From Flavobacteriales bacterium (GTDB lineage Bacteria > Bacteroidota > Bacteroidia > Flavobacteriales > UBA7312), in contig JBMHCD010000009.1 in the NCBI GenBank assembly GCA_049890095.1, positions 169,366 to 233,365 of the forward strand: a DNA stretch of 64,000 nt, given 5' to 3'. The notes beneath the pieces are model-generated. The model was given only the letters and a program-made list of their open reading frames with translations, did not search any database and had not been told where the DNA came from. Positions within the stretch are counted from its first letter, which is position 1. Every line of letters begins with the position of its first letter. A program made the translations under genes and the position numbers. This document shows positions 10,666 to 20,006 of the stretch, one piece after another.

Positions 10666-10974
10666 TTGTTTAAATTTTTAAATTAAAAATGAACAGACAA
10701 GTCTGTTTTTAGTTTGCAATTTTTTTATGCTATGATTTGCGAACATAGTTTCTTTGTTTGTTTAAATTTGCCAATCAGCTTTATGTAGATAACTTTCTGA
10801 AACGGCACTTTCGTATAATAGATGGATTTGTTTAGATAATGAAACCGTTTTAACTCGTGAAAATCCTGATGAACAAAATGGAAATAAAAGCACGAATAGC
10901 ACTAATTAGAAATATTAGATTTTTCATAGTTAAAAGTTTTTACATTGCTTAAAAATTACAAAAACAAATTGTTT

Positions 10975-11538
10975 TTAATATAATCTATACAAAATAGACA
11001 ATTGTAAAATCGAAAAATCTTTTAGGGTATGTTGAGTCCAATTACTGACAGATTCAAACTCAGAAAATAAATAAGCGACGTTAGCAGAAATTTTTTGATT
11101 TAAATTATAACTATAATCTAAACCATAAAAATAAGATTCATCAAAACGATCTAATTGACCGCCTAACTTTTCATCTTTGTCAAAAAGATAAACGCCAAAT
11201 ATTCCAATGTTTAGATGAATGCTATGTTTCTTTAAATAAACTCCTGGTTTTAGAGCAAAACCAATATTTTGATGTAATTCAAACCTATTATTTTCTTCTT
11301 GTGCCAAAACAACTCTATTATTCAAATAGGAAACCTCTATAATTGTTTCTAAATAATCATTAAAAACTAATTTATTTCCATAATACAGTCCTATATCGGA
11401 TAAATTTTCTGAAGAATATTCTTGATCTAAAATAGTGGTGTTGGCAAATGAACTAATTATTCCTACTCCTACATAAGCACTATTTTGACAAAAAATTATT
11501 GCAGGAAAAAAAAGAAAAAGAAAAAACAACTTAGTCAT
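10975..11538 (-). CDS. small outer-membrane beta-barrel protein (hypothetical)
   Basis: Signal peptide MTKLFFLFLFFPAIIFCQ, alternating hydrophobic beta-strand pattern, C-terminal ...LSILYRLY (aromatic terminus). No specific family recognised. Confidence 0.55.
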   Translation of the reverse strand: MTKLFFLFLFFPAIIFCQNSAYVGVGIISSFANTTILDQEYSSENLSDIGLYYGNKLVFNDYLETIIEVSYLNNRVVLAQEENNRFELHQNIGFALKPGVYLKKHSIHLNIGIFGVYLFDKDEKLGGQLDRFDESYFYGLDYSYNLNQKISANVAYLFSEFESVSNWTQHTLKDFSILQLSILYRLY

Positions 11539-11643
11539 ACCGTAAAACTAAAAAATTATCATTCATTCATCAAAAACATACTAAAACCCAAAGTAAAAAG
11601 TTAATGAAAGAAAAATATCATTTTTATAAATAATAATATTGTG

Positions 11644-11651
11644 TAAATTTG
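11644..11651 (+). promoter_or_regulatory. -7 box TAnnTTTG (exbB operon)
   Basis: TAAATTTG, 39 nt before ATG 11691. Confidence 0.45.
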
Positions 11652-11690
11652 CGAACAACACAAAAAAACTGAAACTAAATTAATTTTAAA

Positions 11691-12503
11691 ATGAAAAAAA
11701 TATTTGCTTTATTATCGCTAGCACTTTGTTTAACTTTTGGGTTAAATAATTTAGTGTTTGCTCAAGATCAAACAGACACTACTGCTGCCGAACAAGTAGA
11801 CACTACTCAGGCTGTAGAAACAGAAGAGGTTGCTGAAATTGCTGAAGCAGAACCTGTAGCTCAAGAAAACAGTTCGTTTCACCAAGTCATCAAACAAAAA
11901 TTTATTGAAGGTGGACCATCTTTTATGGGTATTGTGTTATTATGTTTAATTCTAGGTCTTGCATTGTGCATCGAAAGAATTATTTACCTAAACAAAGCAA
12001 CATCAAACAATACCGCATTGTTGAACGACATTGAGGCTTCGTTATCTTCTGGTAATATTGATGGTGCAAAAGAAATTTGTAGAAATACTGCTGGCCCTGT
12101 TGCAAGTATATTTTATCAAGGACTAGACCGCTCTGGTGAAGGAATTGAAGTAGTAGAAAAATCGGTAGTTGCATACGGAAGCGTTCAGATGGGATTGTTA
12201 GAAAGAGGACTTTCTTGGATTTCTTTATTTATTGCTCTTGCTCCAATGCTTGGGTTTATGGGTACAGTAATTGGTATGATTGGTGCATTTGATGCTATTG
12301 AAGCTGCTGGTGACATCTCTCCTTCTTTAGTAGCAGGAGGTATTAAAGTTGCACTTTTAACAACGGTATTCGGACTAATTGTTGCAATGATTCTGCAAAT
12401 ATTTTACAACTACATTGTTGCAAAAATTGACAGCATCGTTAACTCTATGGAAGATGCTTCCATTTCATTTGTAGATATATTAGTAAAAAACAACATTAAG
12501 TAA
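11691..12503 (+). CDS. exbB: MotA/TolQ/ExbB proton-channel protein
   Basis: Signal peptide and acidic linker, then the TM core LAPMLGFMGTVIGMIGAF...ALLTTVFGLIVA typical of ExbB/TolQ. Confidence 0.9.
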   Translation: MKKIFALLSLALCLTFGLNNLVFAQDQTDTTAAEQVDTTQAVETEEVAEIAEAEPVAQENSSFHQVIKQKFIEGGPSFMGIVLLCLILGLALCIERIIYLNKATSNNTALLNDIEASLSSGNIDGAKEICRNTAGPVASIFYQGLDRSGEGIEVVEKSVVAYGSVQMGLLERGLSWISLFIALAPMLGFMGTVIGMIGAFDAIEAAGDISPSLVAGGIKVALLTTVFGLIVAMILQIFYNYIVAKIDSIVNSMEDASISFVDILVKNNIK

Positions 12504-12505
12504 TT

Positions 12506-12844
12506 ATGTCAGATTTTTTAATAAATGGTGGCTTAATCCTTACTTATATAATGATTGCCACTGCTGCAATTGCAGCTATAGCATATCCAATAATTTTTCT
12601 AGCGAAAAACCCTGCGAAGGCTAAGTCAACTCTTATGGCTGTTGCTATACTATTGGGTGTTACTTTACTTTCATACTTTTTAGCATCTGGTGAAGTGCTT
12701 ACTTTTCCTGGCTATGAAAAGTTTGAAATGACTAGTGCTTCTACCAAAAGAGTAGGAATGGGACTTTTTATTTTCTACATTCTTGCCTTTAGTGCAATAG
12801 GAGCAGTATTGTATGCTGAACTAGGCAAACTATTTAAAAAATAA
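12506..12844 (+). CDS. hypothetical small membrane protein (3 predicted TM) embedded in the exb operon
   Basis: 112 aa with three long hydrophobic stretches. It is packed 2-3 nt from both neighbours. No recognisable family. Confidence 0.5.
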   Translation: MSDFLINGGLILTYIMIATAAIAAIAYPIIFLAKNPAKAKSTLMAVAILLGVTLLSYFLASGEVLTFPGYEKFEMTSASTKRVGMGLFIFYILAFSAIGAVLYAELGKLFKK

Positions 12845-12847
12845 ATT

Positions 12848-13393
12848 ATGGCAAGAAGAGCTAAAGGAGCATCAGAAATAAATGCAGGCTCGATGGCAGA
12901 CATCGCATTCTTGTTGCTGATCTTCTTTTTGGTAACCACAACCATGGATGTAGATACTGGTTTAGCCAGAAAATTACCTCCATTACCAGAAGAAGACATT
13001 CAACAAGAGGATTCTCAAATCAAAGCTAAAAACATCTATGTAGTACTTATTAATTCCAAAAACCAACTTTTGGTAGAAAACGAGTACATGGATATTTCAT
13101 CTTTGAGAGCTGGAGCCAAAGAATTTATAAACAATAATGGTAGAGATCCTGAGTCTTCGGATAACCCTCAAAAAGCAATTATTTCTTTACAAAATGATAG
13201 AGGGACTTCGTATGAAACATACATTCAAGTTCAAAACGAATTGGCTGCTGCATACAGAGAACTTAGAGACAATAGATCGCTCCAAAAATATGGAGTAAAG
13301 TTTGGCGACCTTTCTAAAAGTAAGCAGAAAGAAATCCGAAAAGAATACCCACAAAAGATCTCTGAAGCAGAACCTAAAAATATAGGAGGATAA
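12848..13393 (+). CDS. exbD: ExbD/TolR biopolymer transport protein
   Basis: EINAGSMADIAFLLLIFFLVTTT is the ExbD N-terminal TM signature. Confidence 0.85.
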   Translation: MARRAKGASEINAGSMADIAFLLLIFFLVTTTMDVDTGLARKLPPLPEEDIQQEDSQIKAKNIYVVLINSKNQLLVENEYMDISSLRAGAKEFINNNGRDPESSDNPQKAIISLQNDRGTSYETYIQVQNELAAAYRELRDNRSLQKYGVKFGDLSKSKQKEIRKEYPQKISEAEPKNIGG

Positions 13394-13394
13394 T

Positions 13395-13862
13395 ATGTCT
13401 AAATTTAGAAAAGATAAAAGCAAAGATACTCCAGGAATATCTACCGCTTCATTGCCGGATATCGTATTCATGTTATTGTTCTTTTTTATGGTAACTACCG
13501 TAATGAGAGAAACTACTATCATGGTAAAACAAACGATGCCTGATGCAACAGAAATCAAAAAACTAGAAAAAAAATCGTTGGTAAGCTATATTTATATTGG
13601 ATCTCCAGTAGAACGTATGCAAGCTACTTATGGATCTAAGGCTCGTATTCAACTTAATGATGCATTTGCTAATGTTTCGGACATTCCGCAATACATTAAC
13701 ACCGAACGTGCTGAAAGAGACGAAAAAGAAATTCCATTTATGACAGCTTCTATTAAAGCTGACAAAGACACTAAAATGGGGTTAGTTACCGATGTAAAAC
13801 AAGAATTACGTAAAGCAAATGCTTTAAAAATCAATTATTCTACCCGAAAATCTATAGAATAA
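13395..13862 (+). CDS. exbD: ExbD/TolR biopolymer transport protein (second copy)
   Basis: ISTASLPDIVFMLLFFFMVTT signature. Confidence 0.85.
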   Translation: MSKFRKDKSKDTPGISTASLPDIVFMLLFFFMVTTVMRETTIMVKQTMPDATEIKKLEKKSLVSYIYIGSPVERMQATYGSKARIQLNDAFANVSDIPQYINTERAERDEKEIPFMTASIKADKDTKMGLVTDVKQELRKANALKINYSTRKSIE

Positions 13863-13869
13863 CGATTAA

Positions 13870-14775
13870 TCACTCTATTAAATCCCCATCAATTGGGGAT
13901 TTTTTTTTGCTGAAAGTATATAACAAATACAGCAATAAACTAATTGCAAAGATACTGACTAGTATTATAGAAAAATCTCCCTCTTTCGTGCCTACTGCTT
14001 CCATATCTATTCCCAATGAAGAAGAATAAAATAGCAATAAAACAGCAAGCGCATTATTGGTAAAATGTGTGATAATAGGCAACCATATTGAACCACTCCA
14101 AAAAAACAAATAACCAAAAAATCCGCCTATCAAAAATCGAGGGAAAAACCCTAAAAATTGTACATGAAGTGTACTAAACAACAATGCACTCAACCAAATT
14201 GCAAAATGAGGATTGTTTTTCCATTTAAATAGTTGACGTTGAATAACGCCCCTAAAAAGTAACTCTTCCCCTATTGCAGGGATTAAGGCAATTACTACAA
14301 TATTTACAACTAACGATCCATAACTGTCCATAATCAAGAAATACTCCATTATAGATGCCGATTTTGCCTCTGATGCTCTCATCCATTGTTCCACTTCCGA
14401 TAAAAAAGTTGGCAAATGTAAACCCTCATTCCATATGGCTAAAAAATTAATAATCGGTATAAAAAGTAGCATACACGCTATCGACAACATCACTTGTTGT
14501 CGGTTAATACTCTTAAAAATGGAACGATGGTCTCCTATTAAATACAAAAACAAAACAGAGGGTAAAATAAAAACTCCTATTGAACTCCAAGACTGTAGCC
14601 ACTTAAATAAGTGAACATTTTGAATGGTGATATTAGATAAATTCTCAACCCCAACATACAGCAAAGGAAACATTCCAACTAGATAACAAACAAAAAAAGA
14701 GCCTGATAATAACACCAATAACAACAAAAACTGTCGACTAATACTTAATAATTGATAACGACCTCTCCACTCCAT
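13870..14775 (-). CDS. CPBP-family intramembrane glutamic endopeptidase (CAAX protease-like)
   Basis: Polytopic membrane protein with EELLFRG, FSTLH and HFTNN motifs. Confidence 0.8.
   Translation of the reverse strand: MEWRGRYQLLSISRQFLLLLVLLSGSFFVCYLVGMFPLLYVGVENLSNITIQNVHLFKWLQSWSSIGVFILPSVLFLYLIGDHRSIFKSINRQQVMLSIACMLLFIPIINFLAIWNEGLHLPTFLSEVEQWMRASEAKSASIMEYFLIMDSYGSLVVNIVVIALIPAIGEELLFRGVIQRQLFKWKNNPHFAIWLSALLFSTLHVQFLGFFPRFLIGGFFGYLFFWSGSIWLPIITHFTNNALAVLLLFYSSSLGIDMEAVGTKEGDFSIILVSIFAISLLLYLLYTFSKKKSPIDGDLIE
13881..13908 (+). terminator. rho-independent terminator of the exb operon, lying inside the 3' end of the convergent CPBP gene
   Basis: ATCCCCA (13882-13888) pairs with TGGGGAT (13894-13900), followed by T8 (13901-13908). 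Confidence 0.65.
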
Positions 14776-14790
14776 ACCTAAATTAATTAG

Positions 14791-14798
14791 TAATTTTG
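14791..14798 (+). promoter_or_regulatory. -7 box TAnnTTTG (dusB), start-proximal
   Basis: TAATTTTG, 7 nt before ATG 14806. Confidence 0.45.
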
Positions 14799-14805
14799 TA
14801 AAATA

Positions 14806-15801
14806 ATGAGTGTAAAGATAGGTAATATCGATTTAGGAGAATTTCCTTTGCTATTAGCTCCAATGGAAGATGTTAGTGATCCTCCGTTCAGAGCCTTGTG
14901 CAAAAAAAATGGAGCAGACGTAATGTTTACCGAGTTCATATCTTCAGAAGGGTTAATTAGGGATGCAGCAAAGAGTGTTCAAAAATTAGATATTTTTGAA
15001 TATGAACGTCCTATTGCTATTCAAATTTTTGGTCATGATATCGAATCTATGAAGGAATCGACCAGGATTTGTCAAACAGCAAAACCAGATTTTATTGATA
15101 TTAATTATGGTTGTCCTGTAAAAAAAGTGACTTGTAAAGGTGCAGGATCTGGCATTTTAAAAGACATTCCTAAAATGGTTGAAATGACCAAAGAAATTGT
15201 CAATTCTACTCATTTACCAGTTACCGTTAAAACTAGATTAGGTTGGGACGAAAATACCAAATATATTGTAGAAGTTGCAGAGCGTTTACAAGATGTAGGG
15301 ATTCAGGCTATTTCCATACATGGGCGAACCCGAAAGCAAATGTATAAAGGGGAAGCCGACTGGAGTCTTATTGCAAAAGTAAAAGAAAACCCCAGAATGC
15401 ATATTCCTGTTTTTGGCAATGGGGATGTAGACACGCCTGAAAAAGCTAAAGAGAAAAAAGAAAAATACGGAGTTGATGGAATAATGATTGGAAGAGGAGC
15501 CATTGGTTACCCTTGGATTTTTAACGAAATAAAACACTATCTAAAAACAGGAACTCATCTTGCCAAACCAACCATGATTGAGAGAATCGAATTATGCAAA
15601 CAACATATCGATTTTTCTTTAAGATGGAAAGGACCAATTTTGGGAGTGGTAGAAACTCGAAGACACTATACCAATTATTTCAAACATATTCCTGACTTCA
15701 AAGAATACAGAATGCGATTGGTAACCGCTACTGAACCGCAAGAACTATTTGAGGTTTTGAACGAAATTGAAGAGGTTTTTGGAGATTATCAATTCGCATA
15801 A
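14806..15801 (+). CDS. dusB: tRNA-dihydrouridine synthase
   Basis: LAPMEDVSDPPFR...DINYGCPVKKV...HGRT motifs. Confidence 0.9.
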   Translation: MSVKIGNIDLGEFPLLLAPMEDVSDPPFRALCKKNGADVMFTEFISSEGLIRDAAKSVQKLDIFEYERPIAIQIFGHDIESMKESTRICQTAKPDFIDINYGCPVKKVTCKGAGSGILKDIPKMVEMTKEIVNSTHLPVTVKTRLGWDENTKYIVEVAERLQDVGIQAISIHGRTRKQMYKGEADWSLIAKVKENPRMHIPVFGNGDVDTPEKAKEKKEKYGVDGIMIGRGAIGYPWIFNEIKHYLKTGTHLAKPTMIERIELCKQHIDFSLRWKGPILGVVETRRHYTNYFKHIPDFKEYRMRLVTATEPQELFEVLNEIEEVFGDYQFA

Positions 15802-16532
15802 TGAAAGAAATCCGAATAAATAAATTTTTAAGCGAAGCAGGCTATTGTTCCAGAAGAGCGGCAGACAAATTAATCGAGCAAAACCGTGTTACCATCAATG
15901 GAGAGGTTCCTCTGATGGGCACTAAAATAAATGAAGAAGATGTTGTTCGAGTAGATGGAAAAGTTATTAGCAGAAAAAAACCTACTTCTATATATCTAGC
16001 ATTCAATAAACCAGTTGGAATTGTATGCACTACCGACACAAGAGTGGAAAAAGATAATATTATAGATTATATAGGCTACCCAAAACGTATTTTTCCAATT
16101 GGAAGACTAGATAAAGCTAGTCAGGGATTAATATTACTTACCAACGATGGCGATATCGTAAATAAAATTTTAAGAGCAAAAAACAACCATGAAAAAGAAT
16201 ATATCGTACACGTTAACAAACCGATAACCGACGATTTTATCCGAAAAATGAGCAATGGAGTGCCTATTTTGGATACCATAACACGAAAATGCAAAGTAGA
16301 AAAAATAAGTGCTTTTCGTTTTAAGATCGTATTGACACAAGGGCTCAACAGACAAATTAGGAGAATGTGCGAATATTTGGACTATAGAGTAGTAGTATTG
16401 AAAAGAATCCGTATAATGAATATAAAACTTGATCTTGAAATTGGTCAATATAGAGATCTGAGTACTAAAGAGCTCCAAAAACTAAACCATCTTCTAAAAG
16501 ACTCTAGCAAAACCTATTTAGATAATTACTAA
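15801..16532 (+). CDS. rluF: RsuA/RluF-family rRNA pseudouridine synthase with S4 domain
   Basis: RINKFLSEAGYCSRRAAD (S4), the catalytic GRLDKASQGLILLTNDG, and NRQIRRM. Confidence 0.85.
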   Translation: MKEIRINKFLSEAGYCSRRAADKLIEQNRVTINGEVPLMGTKINEEDVVRVDGKVISRKKPTSIYLAFNKPVGIVCTTDTRVEKDNIIDYIGYPKRIFPIGRLDKASQGLILLTNDGDIVNKILRAKNNHEKEYIVHVNKPITDDFIRKMSNGVPILDTITRKCKVEKISAFRFKIVLTQGLNRQIRRMCEYLDYRVVVLKRIRIMNIKLDLEIGQYRDLSTKELQKLNHLLKDSSKTYLDNY

Positions 16533-17731
16533 CTAAATAATTTTTTGCTCATATAATTAGAAGGAATCCAAGAAGTAATTAGACCAATAACAGACACGGT
16601 TAAAAACACAATCAGTAAATCCGAAAAAATTACTTTAACCGGATAATAATTAATAACAAAAGATCCTTCGCCCATATTTATAAGGCCAAAAGTAGATTGA
16701 AGCCAACAAACTAACAAACCTAAAGCTATTCCTATAAAAATGCCTATTTGTGTAGTTAGAAAACCTTCTAGAAAAAAGATAGAGCGGATTGCTTTTTTAC
16801 TAGCTCCTAGATTTGACAACATGATAATATCTTTCTTTTTATCAATCATCAACATACTAAGAGAACCTATAATATTAAAAGATGCAATGATTAGAATGAA
16901 ACACAAAATAAAATAAACGATGAGCTTTTCTGAATTTAAAATCTTATATAAAAATTGATGTTGCTCAAAACGATTAACAATTTTATATTCCGAATCCAAT
17001 TGAGATTTTAACTCCTTCTGTAGTGGCAGAATTTGATCGTCTTCACAAAAAATTTCTAAACTGCTCGATTGATCTTCTTTATCCAATAATTCTCGAACAA
17101 AAGAAATAGGACTAACCAAATATTGAGCATCAAATTCGGCTTGAATCGAAAAAACGCCAACAGGAATTAAACTACGTTGTACAAAAGCCGATTCTAATTT
17201 CAGCAAATTACTTTTTTGTCGGTTAGGAACATAAACCTGAAGTGGATTTAAAATATCCGAAACTCCCATACTCAAATAATAAGCTACTCCTTGACCAACC
17301 ACTGCCGAATTAGCGTAATCTATCTCATCTACATAACTTCCAAAAACAATATTATTATCTAGCTCATTAACTTGCTTAAACTTTGTATCAACTCCTTTAA
17401 GTGTTGCTATATACTCGCTTTTTTTATACTTCAACAGTACTTTTTCTTCTAATGTTTCAGAATATAAAATATTATTTTCGTTCAAGTAGTTTTTTGCCGA
17501 TTCAAAGCTCGATGTTTTTCCTTCAATTGGACTTATCTTTATTACAGGATCAAAAGAATTGTATAACGATAATACCAAATCGGAAAACCCATTAAATACG
17601 GACAATACAATAACTAAAGCTGCCGTACCGATTGCAACACTAAGCATAGAAGCATAGGAAACATAGTGTACAATATTTCTTGCTTTTTTAGCAAATAAAT
17701 AACGTTTGGCAATATATAGCGGAAAAAACAA
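16529..17731 (-). CDS. FtsX-like ABC transporter permease (LolC/E-like lipoprotein release)
   Basis: N-terminal FPLYIAKRYLFAKK, a large periplasmic loop, and a C-terminal FtsX domain of 3 TM. Confidence 0.8.
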   Translation of the reverse strand: MFFPLYIAKRYLFAKKARNIVHYVSYASMLSVAIGTAALVIVLSVFNGFSDLVLSLYNSFDPVIKISPIEGKTSSFESAKNYLNENNILYSETLEEKVLLKYKKSEYIATLKGVDTKFKQVNELDNNIVFGSYVDEIDYANSAVVGQGVAYYLSMGVSDILNPLQVYVPNRQKSNLLKLESAFVQRSLIPVGVFSIQAEFDAQYLVSPISFVRELLDKEDQSSSLEIFCEDDQILPLQKELKSQLDSEYKIVNRFEQHQFLYKILNSEKLIVYFILCFILIIASFNIIGSLSMLMIDKKKDIIMLSNLGASKKAIRSIFFLEGFLTTQIGIFIGIALGLLVCWLQSTFGLINMGEGSFVINYYPVKVIFSDLLIVFLTVSVIGLITSWIPSNYMSKKLFS

Positions 17732-17734
17732 GAG

Positions 17735-18076
17735 CTATTGGTTTTTTAATAAGTCTTCTATTTCTTGAGAATAATCCACAGAATCGTCTAAGAAAAATTT
17801 TAGTTGTGGAACTTTTCGCATTTGGTTTCGAATTTTGAGCCCTAATTTTTTGCGAAACAAAAAAGACTTCATGTTTATTAAATCGAGTAACTCCGATTTA
17901 TTTTCCGTACCAAAAACACTAATATATACTCTAGCGACAGACAAATCGGCAGAAACTCTAACTACGGTTACCGACACAAAAGAAGTACCTAAAATTGCTC
18001 TTCCCTCTTGCTGAAAAATTTGCGACAAATCTTTTAATAATTGTCGAGACACCTTTTTTTGACGAGTACTTTCCAT
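17735..18076 (-). CDS. rbfA: ribosome-binding factor A
   Basis: 113 aa. RQKKVSRQLLKDLSQIF...VTVVRVSADLSVARVYIS is typical RbfA. Confidence 0.9.
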   Translation of the reverse strand: MESTRQKKVSRQLLKDLSQIFQQEGRAILGTSFVSVTVVRVSADLSVARVYISVFGTENKSELLDLINMKSFLFRKKLGLKIRNQMRKVPQLKFFLDDSVDYSQEIEDLLKNQ

Positions 18077-18080
18077 ACAA

Positions 18081-18088
18081 CAAAGATA
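18081..18088 (-). promoter_or_regulatory. -7 box TAnnTTTG (rbfA), start-proximal
   Basis: TATCTTTG (rc), 4 nt before ATG 18076. Confidence 0.45.
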
Positions 18089-18118
18089 AATTTTTAGACA
18101 TCAATGACACAAATTAAA

Positions 18119-18126
18119 TACATTTG
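18119..18126 (+). promoter_or_regulatory. -7 box TAnnTTTG (MsbA-like ABC gene), start-proximal
   Basis: TACATTTG, 5 nt before ATG 18132. Confidence 0.45.
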
Positions 18127-18131
18127 CATAT

Positions 18132-19958
18132 ATGAAAGAATTTTTTCGAGTTTTATCATTTGTTAAACCCTATTGGATTTATGCTTTATTCAATATTGTT
18201 TTTAACATTCTCACTGTTCTTTTTTCTCTGGTGTCTATTACCATGATTATTCCTTTTTTAGGTTTGTTATTTGGCACCCAACAAAAAGTATACTCGGCTC
18301 CAGATTTAGCATTAAATGCTGATGCAATTAAAGAAAATTTTTACCTCTACATCACTCAAATAATTGACACAAAAGGTCAGGTTGAAGCTCTTTTGTTTGT
18401 TTGTGTGTTAGTACTTACTATGTTTTTCTTGCGAAATACGTTTCGGTATTTAGCTCTTTTTAGCCTATCTCCTATTCGCAATGGGGTAGTTAGAGATATC
18501 AGAAATGCCCTACACAAAAAAGTATTAGACTTACCTATTGGCTATTTTACCGAAAAACGAAAAGGCGATGTTGTTTCTAGAATGACTTCCGATCTAGTAG
18601 AAATAGAATGGTCTATAATGAGTTCGTTAGAAATGATATTTAAAGACCCCCTAAATATTATCATTTTTCTGATTACTTTGATAGCCTTGAGTCCTCAACT
18701 TACCCTATTTGTTATCATCTTATTTCCAATAACTGGTTATTTAATTGCTCGAATAGGAAAAAGTTTAAAACGTTCTTCAGAGAAAGGGCAGTCAAAAATG
18801 GGAGATTTACTAGCAAATATAGACGAAAATTTAGTCGGTCTTAGAATGATTAAAGCATTTAATGCTCAAGAAAAATCACAAAAATCGTTCGAAAAAAATA
18901 GTGATCAATATCGAAGCGTAATGACTAAGCTATTGAGAAAAAAGGACCTTTCCTCACCAATGAGCGAATTTTTGAGTACCATTGTTTTGGTATGTGTAAT
19001 GTGGTTTGGTGGTCAACTTGTTTTGGGTAATAAAAGTAATTTATCCCCTGAAGAATTTATTGGCTATATCGTTATCTTCTCACAAATTATCCCACCAGCA
19101 AAATCCTTTACTACCGCTTTTTATCACATTCAAAAAGGAAGTGCTTCTGCAAAAAGGGTTGTAGAAATACTAGATGCAAAAAACCATATTCTTGATCCAG
19201 AAGTTAGTTTAGGGAACAACGAATTTAATAGTAGTATCGAGTTCAAAAATGTTTCGTTTAAATACGAAGATCAATATGTTTTAAAAAATATCAATCTGAG
19301 CATTGCCAAAGGGCAAACCGTTGCTATTGTTGGAGCATCTGGAAGCGGAAAATCTACTATTGCCAATTTACTTCCCAGATTTTATGACGTAAAAGAAGGA
19401 GAAATATTAATTGACGGTATTAATATTAAAGATTATAGTCTTCATAATTTAAGGTCATTGATGGGTATTGTTTCTCAAGAATCAATATTATTTAACGATT
19501 CTATTTTCAATAATATAACACTTGGGCAAAAAGATGGTGATTTAGAAAAAGCTAAAGAAGCTGCTCAAACGGCCAATGCTCACGAGTTTATTCAAAAAAC
19601 AAAAAAAGGTTATCATTCGTTTATAGGAGACAGAGGAGATAAGCTATCAGGCGGACAAAAACAACGAATCAGTATAGCTAGAGCCGTATATAAAAATCCT
19701 CCTATCCTGATACTAGATGAAGCGACTTCTTCCTTGGATACTCAATCGGAACAACTAGTACAAGAAGCCCTTCAAAAATTACTACAAAATAGAACTTCTT
19801 TGGTAATAGCACATCGTTTATCGACGATTCAACATGCCAATAAAATCGTGGTTATAAACGAAGGAGAAATTGTTGAACAAGGTACTCATACCGAATTATT
19901 ACAAAAAAATAATCGCTATAAAATGCTATACGATTACCAAAAAATGAATAATGGCTAA
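18132..19958 (+). CDS. ABC transporter, fused permease/ATPase (MsbA-like exporter)
   Basis: Six-TM N-domain. Walker A GASGSGKST, ABC signature LSGGQKQR, Walker B ILILDEATS. Confidence 0.9.
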   Translation: MKEFFRVLSFVKPYWIYALFNIVFNILTVLFSLVSITMIIPFLGLLFGTQQKVYSAPDLALNADAIKENFYLYITQIIDTKGQVEALLFVCVLVLTMFFLRNTFRYLALFSLSPIRNGVVRDIRNALHKKVLDLPIGYFTEKRKGDVVSRMTSDLVEIEWSIMSSLEMIFKDPLNIIIFLITLIALSPQLTLFVIILFPITGYLIARIGKSLKRSSEKGQSKMGDLLANIDENLVGLRMIKAFNAQEKSQKSFEKNSDQYRSVMTKLLRKKDLSSPMSEFLSTIVLVCVMWFGGQLVLGNKSNLSPEEFIGYIVIFSQIIPPAKSFTTAFYHIQKGSASAKRVVEILDAKNHILDPEVSLGNNEFNSSIEFKNVSFKYEDQYVLKNINLSIAKGQTVAIVGASGSGKSTIANLLPRFYDVKEGEILIDGINIKDYSLHNLRSLMGIVSQESILFNDSIFNNITLGQKDGDLEKAKEAAQTANAHEFIQKTKKGYHSFIGDRGDKLSGGQKQRISIARAVYKNPPILILDEATSSLDTQSEQLVQEALQKLLQNRTSLVIAHRLSTIQHANKIVVINEGEIVEQGTHTELLQKNNRYKMLYDYQKMNNG

Positions 19959-19966
19959 TATTATTT

Positions 19967-19974
19967 TATCTTTG
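19967..19974 (+). promoter_or_regulatory. -7 box TAnnTTTG (ispG)
   Basis: TATCTTTG, 32 nt before TTG 20007. Confidence 0.4.
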
Positions 19975-20006
19975 ACCCATCAAACAATTTTTAAATTTTT
20001 CTAAAA

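Noticed and set aside
10327-10686. 119-aa plus-strand ORF, and similar antisense ORFs over 100 aa (13187-13558, 16170-16478, 33620-33967, 35758-36126)
   Set aside because: Each is fully embedded antisense to a gene with strong family motifs (SDR, exbD, rluF, leuS, uppP). Their compositions are odd (F/L/I/K-rich) and none has a promoter box or recognisable domain. I treat them as shadow ORFs.
10666-10975. Imperfect inverted AT-rich ends (TTTGTTTAAATTTTTAA versus rc TTTGTTTTTGTAATTTTTAA) suggesting a MITE
   Set aside because: The sequence is low-complexity A/T, the match is short and gapped, and I saw no target-site duplication and no second copy in the window.
9597-11540. tRNA-Ser as the attachment site of an integrated element carrying the SDR and beta-barrel genes
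   Set aside because: I found no direct repeat of the tRNA 3' end downstream and no integrase, transposase or mobility gene. Only the slightly higher G+C content and the gene decay hint at foreign origin, so it is not called a mobile element.
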